Notes under the pieces: model-generated
Told to the model about the DNA's origin: nothing
What the model saw: only the letters and a program-made list of their open reading frames with translations
Database searches by the model: none
Shown: piece by piece, positions 61,462 through 64,000 of the stretch
Layout: every line of letters begins with the position of its first letter
Numbering within the stretch: position 1 is the stretch's first letter
Position numbers and translations under genes: made by a program
Assembly (NCBI GenBank): GCA_050173015.1
Contig: JBFXLE010000001.1
Location: forward strand, 128,001 to 192,000
Direction of reading: 5' to 3'
Length of the DNA stretch: 64,000 nucleotides
DNA from: Calditrichaceae bacterium
Lineage (GTDB): Bacteria > Calditrichota > Calditrichia > Calditrichales > JBFXGD01

Positions 61462-63192
61462 ATGACCAAAAAAGAAATCGTTGCCATATTGGAAGAAATA
61501 GGAACGATTCTCGATCTCAAAGGCGAGAATCCTTTTAAATCACGGGCCTATTTTACCGCGGCGAGAGCCATAGAAACACAGGTTGATGATATTGTCGCGA
61601 TGGTGGAGAGTGGCGAAATATCGGCCATAAAAGGAATTGGCAAAGCCATCTCAGAGAAGCTGACGATATTGATTCAAACCGGCCGGCTTCCATATTATGA
61701 TGATTTAAAAAACAGTATTCCCGATGGATTACTTGACATGCTTGAGATACCCGGCATGGGTCCAAAGAAAGTAAAGGCGGTGTATGAAAAATTACAAGTT
61801 GCAAGTGTCGGAGAGTTGGAATATGCATGCACTGAAAACCGCCTGCGGGATCTGGAAGGATTCGGTCAAAAGAGTCAGGACAAAATTCTTGAAGGCATTC
61901 AGCTTCGGAAAAAATACAGGGAGCGATTTCATTTTCATATCGCGAGAATGGAAGCGGAGACTGTCGGGGAATATCTAAGAAAGAATTCTAAGATCAATCG
62001 AATGGAGTTTGCCGGCAGTCTGCGCCGTAAAAAAGAGACCATAAAAGATATCGATTTCGTGGCTTCATGCCGGGACGAGGACCGTAAAACAATCATGGAT
62101 TACTTTGTGGACTATCCCGGAAAAGTGACTGTGACCGGTCATGGTGAAACAAAATCGGCAATGGTGCTTAGCAGTGGGATGGTGTGTGAATTACGCCTGG
62201 TATCGGATGACCAGTATCCCTTCCTGCTCCATCATTCCACCGGCAGCAAAGAACATAATACATCTTTGAGGCAGCGAGCCAAAAAAATGAATCTGACGAT
62301 GAACGAGTACGGACTCTTTAACATTGGAAGTGATCAAAGTATCCTTTGCGACGATGAAAAGGCCATCTTCAGCAAATTAAATCTAAATTACATACCACCT
62401 GAACTCAGGGAAAACAATGGTGAGATTGAATCCGCTGAACAGGGAGAAATCCCGGAACTGGTGATGCCGGATCAGCTCCGGGGAATCTTTCATGTGCATA
62501 CAACTCACAGCGACGGCGCCGCATCTGTTAAAGAAATGGCCACGGCTTGTAAAAAACTCGGACTGACATATATAGGGATAACAGATCACAGTAAATCGGC
62601 CTTTTACGCGAATGGCTTGACGGAAGACAGAGTTAAAAAACAGCATGATGAAATTGATTCGCTCAATGATGAGCTGAAAGATTTTACTATTTTCAAAGGC
62701 ATTGAGGCCGATATTCTGCCCGACGGAAGGATGGATTTTGATGATACGGTTCTTGCCTCATTTGATTTTGTTATCGCCTCAGTGCACTCAAGTTTTAACA
62801 TGAGCGAAGAGGATATGACTCAAAGAATCTGCCGCGCGCTTGAAAATCGTTTTGTTACAATGCTGGGACATCCAACGGGAAGACTGCTGCTTGGTCGCGA
62901 AGCTTATCCGGTGGATATGAAAAAGGTTATAGAAACGGCGGCAAAGTTTAACAAAATAATTGAGATAAACGCGAATCCGTATCGCCTTGACCTTGATTGG
63001 CGCTGGGGGCGTTTCGCAAATGAGCTTGAAGTGAAAACTTCCATAAATCCGGACGCGCATTCGGTTGAAGGGTTAAAAGACATCGAGATCGGTATTGGAA
63101 TCGCCCGAAAAGGTTGGTTTAATGCCGGATCCGTTTTTAATACATATCCGGTTGAAAAGATAAAAAGCGAATTGATCAGGATGCGTGAATAA
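61462..63192 (+). CDS. polX: DNA polymerase X / PHP exonuclease
   Basis: GENPFK, AGSLRRKKETIKDID, TGSKEHN, PHP motifs HVHTTHSDG and NPDAH. Confidence 0.93.
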   Translation: MTKKEIVAILEEIGTILDLKGENPFKSRAYFTAARAIETQVDDIVAMVESGEISAIKGIGKAISEKLTILIQTGRLPYYDDLKNSIPDGLLDMLEIPGMGPKKVKAVYEKLQVASVGELEYACTENRLRDLEGFGQKSQDKILEGIQLRKKYRERFHFHIARMEAETVGEYLRKNSKINRMEFAGSLRRKKETIKDIDFVASCRDEDRKTIMDYFVDYPGKVTVTGHGETKSAMVLSSGMVCELRLVSDDQYPFLLHHSTGSKEHNTSLRQRAKKMNLTMNEYGLFNIGSDQSILCDDEKAIFSKLNLNYIPPELRENNGEIESAEQGEIPELVMPDQLRGIFHVHTTHSDGAASVKEMATACKKLGLTYIGITDHSKSAFYANGLTEDRVKKQHDEIDSLNDELKDFTIFKGIEADILPDGRMDFDDTVLASFDFVIASVHSSFNMSEEDMTQRICRALENRFVTMLGHPTGRLLLGREAYPVDMKKVIETAAKFNKIIEINANPYRLDLDWRWGRFANELEVKTSINPDAHSVEGLKDIEIGIGIARKGWFNAGSVFNTYPVEKIKSELIRMRE

Positions 63193-63284
63193 CCGGAAGA
63201 ATTGACTTTGGTTTAGATGGCCTATAGCATTTAAGAAAAAACTTACTTATTTTTATAATCTGAGTTTAATCTGCTGGAGGAGTG

Positions 63285-64000
63285 ATGGCATACAGAATAG
63301 CTGTGGACGCGATGGGTGGTGATCACGCGCCGGAGGAAATCGTAAAAGGCGTGATTGACGCGATGGAGTCGGATAAGTCTATCGAGGCGATACTGGTTGG
63401 TGATGAAGACGCTATAAAAAAAGAACTAGACAAATATCAGGCGAAAAGAGGAATCGAGATCGTGCATACGGATCAATGGGTCGGAATGGATGAATCTCCT
63501 AAAAAAGCTCTGGAAAGCAAACCGAGAGCCAGTATCAATCTGGCCGCGAGACTGGTTAATGATAACCTCGCGGACGCGCTTTTGAGCGCGGGCAATACCG
63601 GCGCAACCGTTTTGGCGGCCGCGCAAAACCTGCCGATCATACCGGGGATCGAACGCACCGCGCTGGCGGCTATTTATCCGACAGCCAAGTTTGTAAAGGG
63701 CAGCCACGGGTTCGCTCTGATGCTGGATGTAGGGGCAACCATCAAATGCACGCCAAAGCAGCTGGTACATTTTGCGTTTATGGGAAATTATTATGTCTCG
63801 CACATTCTGGGTATTCCGCAACCGAGAGTGGCATTGCTGAATATCGGCGAGGAAGCGACAAAGGGCGGCGAAGTATTGACAAAAACCTATGAATATCTGC
63901 AGGCCGCTGAAGGTATTCATTTCATAGGTAATGTAGAAGGCAAGGATATCCCTAAAGGCGCGGCGGATGTGATAGTAACAGAGGGTTTTGTCGGTAATGT
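63285..64000 (+). CDS. plsX: phosphate acyltransferase PlsX (partial, runs off right edge)
   Basis: Not in the ORF track. Manual translation MAYRIAVDAMGGDHAPEEIVKG...SAGNTGA...LDVGA...LLNIGEEATKG...FIGNVEG; GGAGG RBS. Confidence 0.92.
   Translation, partial: MAYRIAVDAMGGDHAPEEIVKGVIDAMESDKSIEAILVGDEDAIKKELDKYQAKRGIEIVHTDQWVGMDESPKKALESKPRASINLAARLVNDNLADALLSAGNTGATVLAAAQNLPIIPGIERTALAAIYPTAKFVKGSHGFALMLDVGATIKCTPKQLVHFAFMGNYYVSHILGIPQPRVALLNIGEEATKGGEVLTKTYEYLQAAEGIHFIGNVEGKDIPKGAADVIVTEGFVGN

Noticed and set aside
63426-63920. Minus-strand 164-aa and 61-aa ORFs
   Set aside because: Antisense to the clear partial plsX

Overview
Bacterial genomic window that is mostly housekeeping. Gene content and order suggest a Gram-negative FCB-associated lineage such as Calditrichota; this is an inference, not a database result. 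Left to right: a partial LptD-like gene, rnr, prmC, then a ten-gene heme operon (ccsA/hemX-like, hemA, hemC, an embedded TetR, hemD, hemE, hemN, hemY, hemB, hemL). A palindromic operator candidate sits at the operon promoter, and a heptamer/REP-like repeat patch lies between hemB and hemL. Next come tex and a putative trans-envelope cAMP signalling cassette (exported protein, FecR, predicted outer-membrane barrel, CHASE2 adenylate cyclase, receiver), followed by a nucleoside salvage operon and ssb. The most unusual part is a ~1.45 kb minus-strand island (32.5-34.0 kb). It holds three tandem 51-aa signal-peptide-like genes with an invariant C-terminus (SGAEFATIVPLPPPPRPKP), preceded by three 120-bp structured, GGA-rich repeats and a 72-aa ORF. 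The remainder contains prfA, rpmE, rho, folC, uppS, lepA-lepB-hemW, several conserved hypotheticals, an NHL/thioredoxin protein, FKBP, recQ, a glucosylglycerate/mannosylglycerate synthase-phosphatase pair, polX and partial plsX. No rRNA, tRNA, CRISPR array or transposase was recognised.
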